In this document: in pieces, positions 35,422 through 47,796 of the stretch
How the letters are laid out: every line of letters begins with the position of its first letter
Numbering within the stretch: the first letter of the stretch is position 1
Source: an uncultured Methanosarcinaceae archaeon
Lineage (GTDB): Archaea; Halobacteriota; Methanosarcinia; Methanosarcinales; Methanosarcinaceae
Length of the DNA: 64,000 nt
Direction: 5' to 3'
Assembly: GCA_963833425.1 (NCBI GenBank)
Contig: CAWHXP010000009.1
Location: 1-64,000 of the forward strand
The notes under the pieces: model-generated
Database searches by the model: none
Told to the model about the DNA's origin: nothing
Seen by the model: the letters and a program-made list of their open reading frames with translations, nothing else
Position numbers and translations under genes: made by a program

Positions 35422-36214
35422 GGCTTTGTAGAAATGCTCTAAATTGAACTTTTACACTACAGTATTATTAATGTTCCGTCATAATATTCTTCGCATTTTT
35501 TCGCTAATTATGAGTGATATAAAAGAAAACCTCTCTCTTGATAAGATTCCACATTTTACTACCCTCCAAAAATTTGTAATCCGGATTCCCTCCTCTCTGT
35601 GTAACCTTCTTCTGTCAAGGATACTAAAGCTGTTTTACTCATATGGAGAAAATGTCTCTGTTGCAGCGATTGATGCAACAAGATTTACGAGTTCATATGC
35701 AAGTTATTATTATTCCAGAAGAACAGGGAAGCTTCGAAGAAGCCTCCTGAGGACTCCAATATCAGTAGACACCAGTAAAAAGATAATATTGGGATGGAAA
35801 ATTAGTCAAAAACAGACAATGAAATCAAACATGCAAATGCTCTGATAAGAAAATCAAATAAGATTAGAAAGTCTGAGTGTTATGTAATGGATAAACGATA
35901 TGATTCAGAAAAAACACATTATATAATTAGAGAAGAAATCAAAGCAGATTCTATTATACCTGTAAGAGAGAGAAAAAGGAAGAAATAAGAGGAAAATTAG
36001 GAAACAATTGAACATGGTCTTTGACAAAATTAAATATAATCAAAGAAATATTGTGGAGACAATATATTCTGTAGTTACAAGAAAATTAGGAAAACACTAA
36101 GGGCAAAAAAATTCCGTTATCAAGTAAAGGAGATAAAATTAAATTAATAATATACAACATAAACAAAAAAATTATAGAAATAATTTGCATCAAGTTAAAG
36201 ATTCCTGCGGAGCC
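35422..36214 (+). mobile_element. IS5-family insertion sequence relic
   Basis: IPHFTTLQKF, AIDAT and MDKRYDSE DDE fragments, plus YNQRNIVET. Imperfect IRs ggctttgtagaaat and attcctgcggagcc. Confidence 0.85.
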
Positions 36215-36500
36215 ATTTTTGTACTCTTTTAATAGATGCATAAACTCAAAAATATACTCAAAAAATTACACAATAATTTAGTCAAGACGCTGCATAATTT
36301 TTACTTCAGAACGCTATAAAAATGAATTCTTCAGAGGCGACTGCAAAAAATAGAATAGAAATTGTGTGGATAAATTTTTGCAAATTCTGGAGAAAAAAAT
36401 TATAAAAAATAAAGTATTCATTATGAATTACAGCAAAGTGGGACTACTGATCGAGTTTTCTCGGAAATCCTCATGGTAATTTTGGAATTAGAGTTAGGAA

Positions 36501-36794
36501 TCATTTGGATAATTCTTCTTGCACCTCTTTAGCCCCAGCTTCAAGTTCTTTTTTTTGCTGAGTGTCAAATAGGAGTAAAAGTGCCTGAAACTCTCCAACA
36601 TGTGTTTTTTCTTCCTTTGCAACATCCATGAGGATTTTTTTGATGTCCTTTTTTTTAGTCAGACTGGCCATCTGCTCATAAAGGTTTATGGCATCAAGCT
36701 CTGCGATAATAGCTCCTCTTAGGATTTCCTTATCAATATTTTCTTCGGATACGTTCTGAAGGTCTATAGGTATCTTGGATAGCAAGCTATTCAC
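36501..36794 (-). CDS. Ferritin-like (rubrerythrin/encapsulin-cargo type) protein
   Basis: AIIAELDAINLYEQMA...DVAKEEKTHVGEF di-iron motif. Confidence 0.85.
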   Translation of the reverse strand: MNSLLSKIPIDLQNVSEENIDKEILRGAIIAELDAINLYEQMASLTKKKDIKKILMDVAKEEKTHVGEFQALLLLFDTQQKKELEAGAKEVQEELSK

Positions 36795-38231
36795 CCGCTC
36801 ATTGTATGAGCAGATATATTAATAAGTATTTGGGAATGCGACAACAAGTATTCTTTCGGCTAAATTATTTTTTAGTAGCTATAACTTCTTCCCAAACTTA
36901 CATAGTAGATTAAGTTTGGAGCTATAAATTCTGCATTAAAAAAATAATCATACATATTTACATATTGTGAACTGCACTCAGCCGAAGAGTAAGTGGCTTT
37001 TAGTTTGTTTAAGTCTAACATATAAATTGATCTCTTAATTTATCATGTTTTGTAATTTTCTGATCAAGCGCCCAATTATAGACAAAAATGCAACTACTAA
37101 TATGTTGATTAAGTTGGTTAAATTAGTCAAATGTTGGATACGGCCCAAAAATGAATGCTTTTATCATACAACATTAATCTATTTTAACAATTAATATACT
37201 GTTTGGTAAATATTGAGCTTGGACACAATATAGATGTGAACACAAGAATCATACAAAATTTTTGCTAATTAATCATATTCGTTTTGTGTGCAAATATCGA
37301 AAGAAGATCCTAGAATTGCTTGATTAAGAACTCAAAAGATAATTCATAACATTGAAAAGTAGACCTTTTTGAAATATTAGAAATTGAGATCGTCAAAGAC
37401 CAAATTCACTTACTCTTAGAGCGGACCAAAAGTCAGCACTCTTGCAATAATTCGAAAAAATAAACAAGAGACTATAATTAGGCTATGGAAAACTCAAAAA
37501 AAATGTTTGAAAAATACTATTGTAAAGAAGATATGTTATTAGAAAGGTGGGTATCTCGCACCTGTTCTCGCCAATGTTAACATAGGAGCAGATGAAAACT
37601 ACATGCGGAAATAGAGTTGAAGTTGACGCTTGCATCCGCTAGTTGAAGATCTACCGGATTTAAGCTTTGTGTTATAACATGAGTATCCCAATAAAGCCCA
37701 AAATTAAGAGATTTTATACCCAAAATTTGATCACACTTAACAATTCCTAATGAAAATAATCCTATTTTTAGCTCAAGTTGAATTAAAAAAATTTATGAAT
37801 ATATAATATATTAGTTATATTTTATATGGAATATTCTTCATTTTTGTTACAATTAAGCTATTATTACTTTCAAAATTAACAGAAATATACTTTTTAATCC
37901 CTTTTTAGAAAGTGATGTGAGTATCAAAGTTCATCAAAGTTTAGTCCCACATAGATGATACATTTCATCACTCTTCGTCTTATTTTGTAGGAAAAACCAT
38001 TTCTACAATACTGTTTTCCCTTAATATCCATCAGAATGCTATACCCCCCAATAATCTGGTCTTCTTTATAATTTTCTATTTTATGTGCTTAATTTTTTTG
38101 TTAACTTTTTCTCAAAATAACCCACTCATTTATAAGTTTCATCCTTAACTTTGAATTGACTTAGAATCCTGAATAATTTAATTATTAATCTCATTTCTGA
38201 AACTCATAAAATATTTGCATCTTCTTTAGAT

Positions 38232-38909
38232 TTACTTATTGTTTTCCTTCTCAACAATTTGGGTTTCTGAAATTGAGTTTTTTGTAGCCATTTTTACCAT
38301 ATGAGTTGTCAGGATAAGTTTCTTCAGGGTTTTCCGAAGGCTTTTCATGCCTTCCAAATCTTCGGAAACTCCTTCTACTCCGTTATCCTTTGACCAGAAT
38401 GTTCCTCCCAGATTTGCTCCGAAGGAGCCACCTCCAATAGGTATCATTTCATTGATTACATAAAAGTTCAAAATGGTCTGAATGGCTGGTTCCTGCCCGC
38501 CTATTCGGTCTCCGCCATCTGCGATTCCCATACCGACTTTGTTTAAAAAGATTTTCTGGTCTCTGGCAACAATAGCTCTGCAGCGATCCATTATCGTTTT
38601 TGTCTGGGCACTAACTGTTCCCTGATATACAGGAGTTCCTATAATCCAGGCATCTGCCCAAATCATTTTGTCGTACAGCTCAGCCGAAATATCATCCTTA
38701 TGAACACAGCCCTCTTTTGTCCTTACACAGAAATCGCAATGGATGCAAAAATTTAGCTTTTTTCCTTTGGAGGAAAAGTAATCTGTTTCTGCACCGTATT
38801 TTTGTTTTGTGATCTGCAAAGCTTCCTGAACCAAAAAATCAGTTGCCATATTTCTGGGACTTCCCGATATTCCCAGAATTTTTATTGGTTTGGTTACGAT
38901 TTCTTGCAT
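38232..38909 (-). CDS. Iron-sulfur flavoprotein (flavodoxin family)
   Basis: GISGSPR, CIHCDFC...C, GTPVY, GGQE. Confidence 0.9.
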   Translation of the reverse strand: MQEIVTKPIKILGISGSPRNMATDFLVQEALQITKQKYGAETDYFSSKGKKLNFCIHCDFCVRTKEGCVHKDDISAELYDKMIWADAWIIGTPVYQGTVSAQTKTIMDRCRAIVARDQKIFLNKVGMGIADGGDRIGGQEPAIQTILNFYVINEMIPIGGGSFGANLGGTFWSKDNGVEGVSEDLEGMKSLRKTLKKLILTTHMVKMATKNSISETQIVEKENNK

Positions 38910-40318
38910 GTTCCCTCCATAATTACATCTAAATTAATACTTGAATATATATGTATGCTAGTATTTTTTTTAGAGAACATAGCTTTATACCTTAATTAAG
39001 TAGTTTCGAATCTCGTCAATTCTGGAACTATTTTTATGAATTAATCTAAACTCAAAACAGCTATGAAAGACGATGAAGTCGTTGATTATGACTATGAAAA
39101 ATGACTCTCCTCTGCATGGCCACAGTCTGTTTATTATCTGTGTTTCTGAATTATGTTGTATCATTGATATCATAATTTTGTCGTATAGTCACTTTACTGA
39201 ATGGGTCAAATTGTAATTATCAAGAAATTTTTAATGTTTTATTCTGTGCTGTGATATATTCTACAAATTATTTTGAATTTGCAATTAACGATCTAAGGTT
39301 AGTGATCTTAGAGATGATAATTTCCCAAGGGTGTAATAATTTTAATCATCTTTTGATTTTATCACATTTTCTTTCTGCATTTACCAGGAAATATATTTTT
39401 GGAAAGTATATATATCTTAAAGAAGCAAGCGACTGAAATTTTATCAAGTCAAAAAATTTTTTGGTAGGAAATTACATTTCTGAAAATCATTTTGAATCCA
39501 ATTTTTAAATGAGAACTCTTCTGCTTCTTCAGCATTATTGATTACTATATAGCTTGATTCTTCTTTCATAAAGGGATAATATAAAAACAACAATTTATCA
39601 TTTTAAATACTTTGATGGGTTATCATTAAAAAATTATACTCTCCAATTCTTCGTGTTTTCAACGAGATCCTATGATTTATTCGAAGAAGAACTGTTCGAT
39701 ATAAAAAGAAACTGTAATTATATTTAAAATTAGTCCATATGCATTGGATAACAGTTATATAAAATCCGCATTCTTATCAATATAATGGCAAACTGGGGGC
39801 AAAACGAATTGTTAGGTTGAAGTCTCACTCAAGTATATTAAATGTATATTTGTAATCGTTCAGTATTTTCTCAATTTGATCATGCAGAAATCATTCCTAC
39901 AATTTATAGGATTTCAATAAAATCCGATTTTCACGAGCCATCTATATACTATTTATAAGGATTGGATGATATTTAGGGGTTCATGAAATCCTACTTAATT
40001 TATTGGGAAACTTTTCGTATCATTTTTGAATTCATGTCTCATATCAAATAAATTAATTAGCTTTCGATTTTATTCTTGAGAAGAAAAATGAAGAATTTTG
40101 AATAATCGTCCGTAGTATTACACTTTAAGGCATGGAGTAAAAGTGGAAATATGAAAACCACGTTTTCACATGAAAAATACTATGTTGTAGGAAAATATAG
40201 GCTAAGTCCAAATAATATTTTAAAAAAAGCATTTGCTTAGAACTGATATAAATATTCTATAGTCCTGAGCGGTCTATACATCATAAGTATATAGTCCTAA
40301 ACAATATATTCCATATAC

Positions 40319-41530
40319 ATGACTAAATCAGTCGATGATGTTCATTGTATGGAAACTGGTTATTTAAATGCAAAACAAAGATTGAAAGACGCAGAAATTG
40401 GGGAAGAAAATAAAGCATTGATTGAAAATTTTTCAATTGCCCTTAGAAGAGAAGGGATAGCCAAAGCGACAATCACATGGTATTTAAATTATATAACCAG
40501 AATGGTTCAGCGCCTTCAGGAAATAGGATTCAATGAGAGTTTGGACAAGCTGGATTCCAAGACTTTTGACAGATTTCTTATTTTTCTTGAAGATGATAGG
40601 AAATTATCCGCTGGTACAATAAGAAATTATAAAAAATTGATAAAAAAATTTAATAAATCTGCCACTGATGGTAATCCTCCAAAATGGATCCGGGACCTGA
40701 AACTAAAATCGATTGAAAGTCCCATACAGCCTTCTGACATCCTTACTAAAGATGAGTTTACACATCTTCTTGAAGCCTGTAGACATCCACGGGATAAAGC
40801 CATAATTTCGATCCTTGCGGATGGTGGAATTAGAGTAGGAGCCTTAGAATCCTGTAGGATTAAAAATGTGGAGTTTAATCAATATGGAGCAATGATTTAC
40901 CTTTCAAAAACTGGAGTCAATAAAACCACACAGGCAAAGGGAATACCAATCACTTGGAGTGCGGGATTTTTAAATCAATGGCTTGCGATACATCCTCTCC
41001 ACGATGATATGGAAGCCCCCTTATGGGTTACTCTAGATAAAAATAAAGAAGCTTTGAGTTACAAAACAATACGAAAAATGATAAAGATTACAGCTGAAAA
41101 AGCAAGAATTAAGAAAAATGTATATCCGCATTTGCTACGGCATATGGCTATCACAAACTGGATTTTAGATAGTCTTAACGAGCAGGAAGTTAAGCGCAGA
41201 GCGGGCTGGAGTCGGGGAAGTACCCAAATGTTCAAAATTTATGCAAATTTCACGGATAAGGAAATCAATGACAGCATTTTCGAGAAATATGGACTCAAAA
41301 CAGAAGACAAAAGACATGTTACACTTAAGAAATGTCCACGATGTAATAATGTGCTAAAACCAGACAATAAATTTTGTAGCCAATGTGCACTGGTTCTTGA
41401 TCAAGAAACTGCTTTAAAACTAGAAAAAGACAAAGAAAAACTAGACTTGTCATTCTTAGAAGTTTCTAGTGTTGATCCAAAGGTTTTGGAGAAAATAGCC
41501 ATGGAAGTCAAAAAACTCCTAAATAAGTAA
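40319..41530 (+). CDS. Tyrosine recombinase/integrase with C-terminal zinc ribbon
   Basis: GGIRVG (R), KTT (K), HLLRH (HxxR), AGW, catalytic Y in KIYA, then CPRC...CSQC. Confidence 0.92.
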   Translation: MTKSVDDVHCMETGYLNAKQRLKDAEIGEENKALIENFSIALRREGIAKATITWYLNYITRMVQRLQEIGFNESLDKLDSKTFDRFLIFLEDDRKLSAGTIRNYKKLIKKFNKSATDGNPPKWIRDLKLKSIESPIQPSDILTKDEFTHLLEACRHPRDKAIISILADGGIRVGALESCRIKNVEFNQYGAMIYLSKTGVNKTTQAKGIPITWSAGFLNQWLAIHPLHDDMEAPLWVTLDKNKEALSYKTIRKMIKITAEKARIKKNVYPHLLRHMAITNWILDSLNEQEVKRRAGWSRGSTQMFKIYANFTDKEINDSIFEKYGLKTEDKRHVTLKKCPRCNNVLKPDNKFCSQCALVLDQETALKLEKDKEKLDLSFLEVSSVDPKVLEKIAMEVKKLLNK

Positions 41531-41850
41531 ACTTAAAATGTAAGCATAATATTTTTCTATTTATTTCTGTTATTAAATATCTTACTTAATATATAAAACA
41601 AAAGTATCTATACAAAATAAAAAGATTGCTTATTCAAAATAAGATTATTTATTTAATCTAACAACTTGGAAATATGTTAAATAAATCCATATACAAATAA
41701 ACGATAGAAAAAAGATAAAGTTGAATATTATGCGAGAGTATCTAGTAAATTCTTCTGTTAGACTTTCTTCAAATTACCAGTGTCTCTCTAAGTTTGTAAT
41801 TTTTTAATGGAAAATTATTTGGTCCCACTTAAATCAAGAATAAATGCTGG

Positions 41851-42901
41851 TCAAATTAAATCCATTTGATACTTTTCGCATTCCTTAATTCCTGCATCTA
41901 ATTGTTTGTCGTTTGTTATTATTAAGTATACCTCCATTGCTTTTCTTAATTCACGAATTTCGAAAATTGATTCTCTGAAATGAAGATTATTTGCATTTGA
42001 TATTTATTTTTGGGTTTTTTTTAAGAGTTCTATTATTTCTCTTTTTGATTGACGAATTTTTTCATCTGATATCATGTCTTTTGTTGCTGTGAGTTTTTCC
42101 CATCCTGGCATATATGCCTTTATTACATGGAGTGAGAATGGGTTTTCTGTACTGAACATTTTTTTAAGTTCATCCATGTTAGCACATTTTTTGAAGGCTC
42201 TATTGATGTAGAAGGTTGGTATATATATTCTCTTCCAGTTATCGGGATCTCGATCATGTTTCTGATCCGTTGTGCAGCTCATGCCCACAAAAAACATAAT
42301 AGGTTTTTTAATATAAACTATTAATTTATTCTTGTCAGAAATCAGAAAAAGTTTGAAAAAATCGGAGGATAACTGTAATTTTTTTTAAATGATTTTTCTC
42401 TTTTTTCAAAAAATATAACTTCGTTATATTTAGCCCTATCATTCTTATTTGGATCAAATATTTTATAGGAGAAGCTTACGGTAGTTTTTGGAGATGTACC
42501 GAACCAATTTTTATTTACATATCCCACAAATCTACGATTCAAAAATTCCAAATTATTTAAACCACAAATTAAATCTAAATTTTCGCGAAATATACATTCA
42601 AGAATCGAATCATTTTTTTGCATTTTGGGTATTAATTTTGGATATTCTTTGCATATGTTACGTATATTCTGAATACTGAAGACGATCGAATATAATGTGG
42701 AATCTTTTCGACCTTTTCCTGATTTTACCTTCTTATTTTCAATAAACCCATTTTTTTGAGTATGCCTAAATCTCTGGAAATAACATTGTAACCTGGCGGC
42801 TCATCTGGCTTAACATAACCTAGTTCACTTATTAATTCTACAGTCGTTTTAGAAAATTCTAATAAACTATCTAAAATTCGTTCCTGGTTTGTTTTTTTCA
42901 T
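41851..42901 (-). pseudogene. Winged-HTH domain protein (candidate element repressor), frameshifted at A-runs
   Basis: MKKTNQERILDSLLEFSKTTVELISELGY...YNVISRDLGILKK/GFIENKKVKSGKGRKDSTLYSI joins ORFs 42623-42342 and 42297-42004 through homopolymer slips. Confidence 0.65.
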
Positions 42902-43207
42902 GTTATGTGGATATTCTAATTTATATTAGAAGCTGTCTGAGAATATAAATTTAAAAGTCGGCGAATTTGGATATTTTGCTGATTTTCGCAATTTATTAAT
43001 TTTTGCCGATAAAAATTGTTTTAAAGTTTAAAGTCTATTAAACTTCTATTAAGATCACAATTAGGGAAAGTCTGCGAATAAGCTAGAAAACCAAAATCAA
43101 ATTTTCGCATACTTTGTGCTATTTGTTTATCTTATGTGAAATTTTTCCCTAACCTTTGGAGATTCGTCTTGACAAAAATAAAAACTTTATTAGATATAGG
43201 TGAAATC

Positions 43208-43387
43208 ATGTTTAAATTCGGGAAAAGAACTGTGATAAAACAGGGAGGAAGCTTTATGATAGCTCTACCGATGATTTGGATGAAATCGTGGGATTCAGAT
43301 GTGAAAAGTGTGATGATAGAGATGGACAGTGAAAATCAACTTAGAATTATAGCAGGTGATACGTGCCATGAAAATATCGTCTATTAA
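43208..43387 (+). CDS. AbrB/MazE/SpoVT-like DNA-binding protein
   Basis: MFKFGKRTVIKQGGSFMIALPMIWMK motif, GGTGA RBS, divergent from the wHTH gene. Confidence 0.8.
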   Translation: MFKFGKRTVIKQGGSFMIALPMIWMKSWDSDVKSVMIEMDSENQLRIIAGDTCHENIVY

Positions 43388-43413
43388 ACTACACAAGAGA
43401 GTTCGATAGCTGC

Positions 43414-43719
43414 ATGTTCAAAAAATGTAATGCATCTGGGAGAGAGAAGCAAATGAACGATCTAAAACCAGAAACGATAGAAATGTTTAAAAAATTTTAT
43501 ACAGAATTCTCTGACTTAATTGACTATAGAATTAAGTGTGGAAATGTGTATGAACAGGCACAGGCTATATTAATTAAAAGTGTTGCTAAAGGCGTTTCGC
43601 AAATACCGTCGCGGCCAAGCAGTCGGAAAGTTTGCAAAACACCCATACAGACGCCTACTTTCATCGCGAGTGACCCACAAGAACAGAGCGACCCAGAAAT
43701 GAGAAGTTACGCATCATGA
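43414..43719 (+). CDS. Hypothetical protein of the integrated element
   Basis: ORF co-oriented in the AbrB-rep operon. The start may be 43453. Confidence 0.55.
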   Translation: MFKKCNASGREKQMNDLKPETIEMFKKFYTEFSDLIDYRIKCGNVYEQAQAILIKSVAKGVSQIPSRPSSRKVCKTPIQTPTFIASDPQEQSDPEMRSYAS

Positions 43720-43836
43720 ATAACATAGTCTACATGCTAAATATAATTTCCTTTTTTAGCTCTGCAACTAACGGTTGCATGTACAGCCTAAGGACATCTA
43801 ATTCAACAAATTCGAAAATATGGATAATTTTGTAAG

Positions 43837-44241
43837 GTGATTACTATGAATTATAAAAAAGATTTAGCTATTCGGTGTAAAGAAAATTTGAATTCGTTAT
43901 CGGACGAATATATGCTTGAAATAACTGATGCCAGTTTTAGGCATATAGATGAAGTACTAATATCATTGTATGAAATATTAGACAATTATTTATCTCAAAT
44001 AAACGTTCTTCGGGAGCCTAAAATGTTTGCAGCACTTAGTTCTAAAACACTAAAAGTGGCTACATTATCAGATTTGGTCACTAAAAGTGCAGAAGAATTT
44101 GAATCCTTAGACATTCTCAAAGTGTTACTCGAGGGTAAGACAGTGCATAATATTTTCCAAGAAGGGGATTCTGTGAAAATCGAGATGCTTGGAGATAATG
44201 CATTGAAGATTTCCGGTGAACGACCTAGAGAAAATGAATAA
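43837..44241 (+). CDS. Hypothetical helical protein of the integrated element
   Basis: 134-aa ORF with AGGTGA RBS before the ATG at 43846. Confidence 0.65.
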   Translation: MITMNYKKDLAIRCKENLNSLSDEYMLEITDASFRHIDEVLISLYEILDNYLSQINVLREPKMFAALSSKTLKVATLSDLVTKSAEEFESLDILKVLLEGKTVHNIFQEGDSVKIEMLGDNALKISGERPRENE

Positions 44242-44961
44242 AGGTAACAAAAATTGAGAGATTTGAGCCCAGGACAGATTGAGCCCTGTCCTAGGCAATT
44301 CAGATCGTCATCTCCAATGACTGAACTATTATTAATTATACTTTCATAGTTAATAATAATATCTTATTCAAATGATGGTTCTGATGCTAAGGGTTCTGTT
44401 GTTCTCTTCGAATTCAAGGGGGAATAAAACCCATGAAATATTCTGCGTATAAACAAAGTGGTATTAGTGTTTTTTATCACAATTTTGATAGTACCAGATT
44501 TCAAATTACTTACAATTCTCTCGTCACATCCGCAGATGGACACAGAGACAAGGTGCTTAGTCAAATTAATAATTTGTTTTATTATTGGCATAGACAGAGT
44601 TGTTCTAGACATACCGATACTTATAACCCGTGGCGTCTTCCAGAAGAACCAGAGAATTGCTCGAGAGCAGATATTACGAGATCTTGTCGCTTGGGAGTGG
44701 GATTTTGATGCCAAGTTTCTCCGATCTGGAATATTTTTTTAGTAGTAGGCAGAGACCTACGACTCATCATCTCTATGAATTCCATATGGAACCTAAGAGA
44801 TGTTGGGAAGAGCAACAGGATAGAGGATGAATGAATTTTGATTCTCTTGATATGGTTTATTCTGAAAGAAGTAGACAAAACATCAGGCATTTCATAAATT
44901 TAAAACGAGCACCTGATCAGTCCTTTTCCAATGTATCGGTTACGGATCTACAGTTTGAAGG

Positions 44962-47210
44962 ATGGCTGAAAAGATGAGTTCTGAACCTACAATGCTTGAA
45001 GCTGCATTAAATTACACAAGGTTAGGAATGATAGTACATCCTTTGATAAATCCCAATGCACCTGAGATAAACCCTAAAACAGGGGGAAAACAGAGCCCAG
45101 GTAAAGGAGTTTTGGTAAATGACTGGCAAAAAAGGGAAAGTGCCTTAACGGAAAGAGAAATAGAAAAATATTGGGGATCTAGTAGGAGTTTTTACTTTGA
45201 GAATGCAAACATTGGCTTGCAATGCGGGAAAAGATCAGGTCTTATTCTAATCGATCTGGACGACTGGAATCCTGCAATATGGAACGAACTCACAGCTGGA
45301 TTAAACACAGATAATTGGTTGATGTCGAAAAGGACAACGAACCGGGGACATATCTTCTTTAAATACACCGAAGCTCTGAAAGCTCAAAAAACATCACGAT
45401 TTAGGCATAGAAATTTTAACAAATGGCAATAATGCAGTCCTACCCCCAAGCAAGCATAAAAACGGGCAGATTTACTCATTTAATAGGGAAATCAGGACAC
45501 TTGAAGATGCCCCAGAAATGCCTGAAAAACTCATAAACAGGCTTATAGCCCTATTTGGAACCAATAATAAGTTAAAAGTGATTTTGCAAAAGTGCAAGCC
45601 CTGTCTACGTGAAAAATTCAAAGCCCATCAAGAAAGTCCGAATATCACAGAATTGCATACCAGCACAGGCAGACAGTTAACTCTGGCACTTATGGCAGAT
45701 ATGAAGGCTAATGGTGCAGACCCTGAAATTTTACACCTTGCCTGTAAATACCTTTTTAGAGATGATTACACACAGTCACAAAGTGATTCTGAACTAGGTG
45801 GAGACGGATGCAAAATAAAAAGCCCTTGGAAATGTGAAACTATCCAGAGAGAGTTAGGAAGCATTACACTTGCTGATGACCTTAACTCAAAATGTGATAA
45901 TTGCACTTTCAGAGGCCAGAATAAACAGATATATAGCCAGAAGAAATCCGAACAAGAAGTTCAAAAAGATAATCCCCTAAACATAGACTATGATGAAATG
46001 GACCTTAGCCCAGAACTTATCCAGCATGCAGATGAAGAATCAGATCGGGTATTGAGAGAAGGCGACCCGATAGACTATATATTGAACACAATCGCAAAAA
46101 AGCATATAGGGGACCGAAGATACACAAGAAGCGATATGTGTCTCAATAGCCTGTCAGTGTTGTCTTAATACTGCAGGCTTGCAAATATCAGTAAATGGAG
46201 CTTCAGGCTCTGGTAAATCACACGGAATAAAAACACATCTACATTTAATTCCCAAAAAATGGAAACGTGTAACCGGATTAAGCGCGAAGGCTGCTTACTA
46301 CATGAATTTAGCTCCAGGTATCATTATTTTTTCGGATGACAAGGATCCTGACCCTGCATTTGAAGAAGTCATAAAACAAGCTACAACAAACTTTCAGGAA
46401 GAAACTTACTACACAACCGTTAAAGATCAAAAACAAATATCTCTGGTAATTCCACCCCGTATAAATTGGTACTTAACGAATGTGGAAAGCTTTGTATCAG
46501 ATCAATTATCAAAGCGTCAACTCACCTTTGATGCAGACAGCAATCCCGAGCAGAAAAAAAGGATATTTGATGCGCAGAAACACGAAGCTGCGAATGGTGG
46601 GAACGGGCAGGAAATAAACACTGAAGTACTTATATGTAGACGAATGTTTGGAAAACTTAAACAGAATTTATTTAATGTTAAAATACCCTTTGTGGATAGG
46701 ATAAATCTACATGATATGAATAATTCACGCATATTTCCAATGTTCCTTGATATGATTCGCGGTTTTGCTGCCTTCAAATGGGAGCAGAGAATCTTTGACG
46801 ACGGTGGATATTTACTAGCTGAGATTGAAGACTTCGAAAGGGCAAAAAGGTTATTTGAAGCTCAAAAAGAGAACACAGTAACAAAAATTAACGAAAATGA
46901 GAGACGGATAATCCAATATATAGCGAGTAAAGGGAAATGCACAATTAATGATATATCGAGTTACACAGGCATTAATTACCAATCCGTTAAACGCGCTCTA
47001 TTTGGAAGAAAAGATAGGGAAGTGGGTGGGCTTCTTGACAAGATCAAAGAGTTAAAAATGGACGAAGAAACTGATATAGACTACAAAAGGGCAGGAGATA
47101 CCTTGATAAGCAGTAGTGGCAGGAAGGCTTTTAAATTCAGTATAGATAACTCAAAGTTCAATTTCTGGTCACTATTTGATAAGGAGTTTATCTTCCTGAA
47201 GGATGCCTGA
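44962..47210 (+). pseudogene. Bifunctional primase-polymerase / P-loop helicase / wHTH replication protein (about 750 aa), two frameshifts
   Basis: Prim-Pol motifs NIGLQCG, LIDLDD and RGHIFF. A slip in the A-run near 45390 restores HHDLGIEILTNGNNAVLPPSKH. A slip near 46115 joins to Walker A GASGSGKS. C-terminal wHTH CTINDISSYTGINYQSV. Confidence 0.85.
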
Positions 47211-47222
47211 TTAGGGTATGAA

Positions 47223-47532
47223 GTCAACTGATCCTTTTATTCCCCTAAAATTCCCATTTATCCCAAAATATTCCCGTTTTATTCCCATTGAAACGTAATC
47301 AGTTGACATTTTGTTCCCAAAAACCCGAAAATGCAAGAGAGAAATAGAAAATTACACTTTTTGACATTCTAATATTTCGGCTATTACTTTAAAATATCAT
47401 ATATCATTTTTTTATTTTGGGAACATAATTCCCCTTTTTATTATGATTTTAATTCCCCTGTTATTGTTTTTATATTATTTTTAATGGGAATATAATGGAA
47501 AAATAACAGGAATAATTGGGAACTTTGGGGAA
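47223..47532. promoter_or_regulatory. Candidate replication origin with inverted iteron arrays
   Basis: TTCCC-type pentamers at 47240, 47251, 47260, 47271, 47282 and 47314. GGGAA-type at 47486, 47496, 47508, 47518 and 47528. AT-rich core between them. 10-bp IR gtcaactgat/atcagttgac. Conserved in the second copy. Confidence 0.7.
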
Positions 47533-47796
47533 TATAATAGTGGAAGACTTGCTTCTAATATGAAATATACATAACGAACAGGGTTAGCCTTAATATCACA
47601 TTTTTGTCTGTTATATTTTTAAAATTTCCCCGTTTAAACTTCTTCCATCAAAATTTTCTACATAACCAGCTATTCAAGCATCAAAATAGTATCAATAACC
47701 ATTGCAATTACTAAGTGATAATAAAGCATAAATACTAATAAATAGTATATAGTAGCGTAGTTTTTTGAAACTTGACTGGCTGGTAGATTGGATAAT

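Noticed and set aside
36501..36794. Encapsulin nanocompartment system
   Set aside because: A ferritin-like gene is present, but there is no shell gene nearby and no obvious targeting peptide.
36968..37002. gtgaactgcactcagccgaagagtaagtggc as an IS200/IS605 end
   Set aside because: Too degenerate, and there is no tnpA or tnpB nearby.
40258..40300. tatagtcct direct repeat as attL of the element
   Set aside because: No matching copy was seen near 53.2 kb or 63-64 kb. It could be a regulator site; att sites remain undefined.
44364..44890. Several overlapping ORFs upstream of rep
   Set aside because: I cannot decide which frame is real and no motif is recognisable. Probably one frameshifted hypothetical gene.
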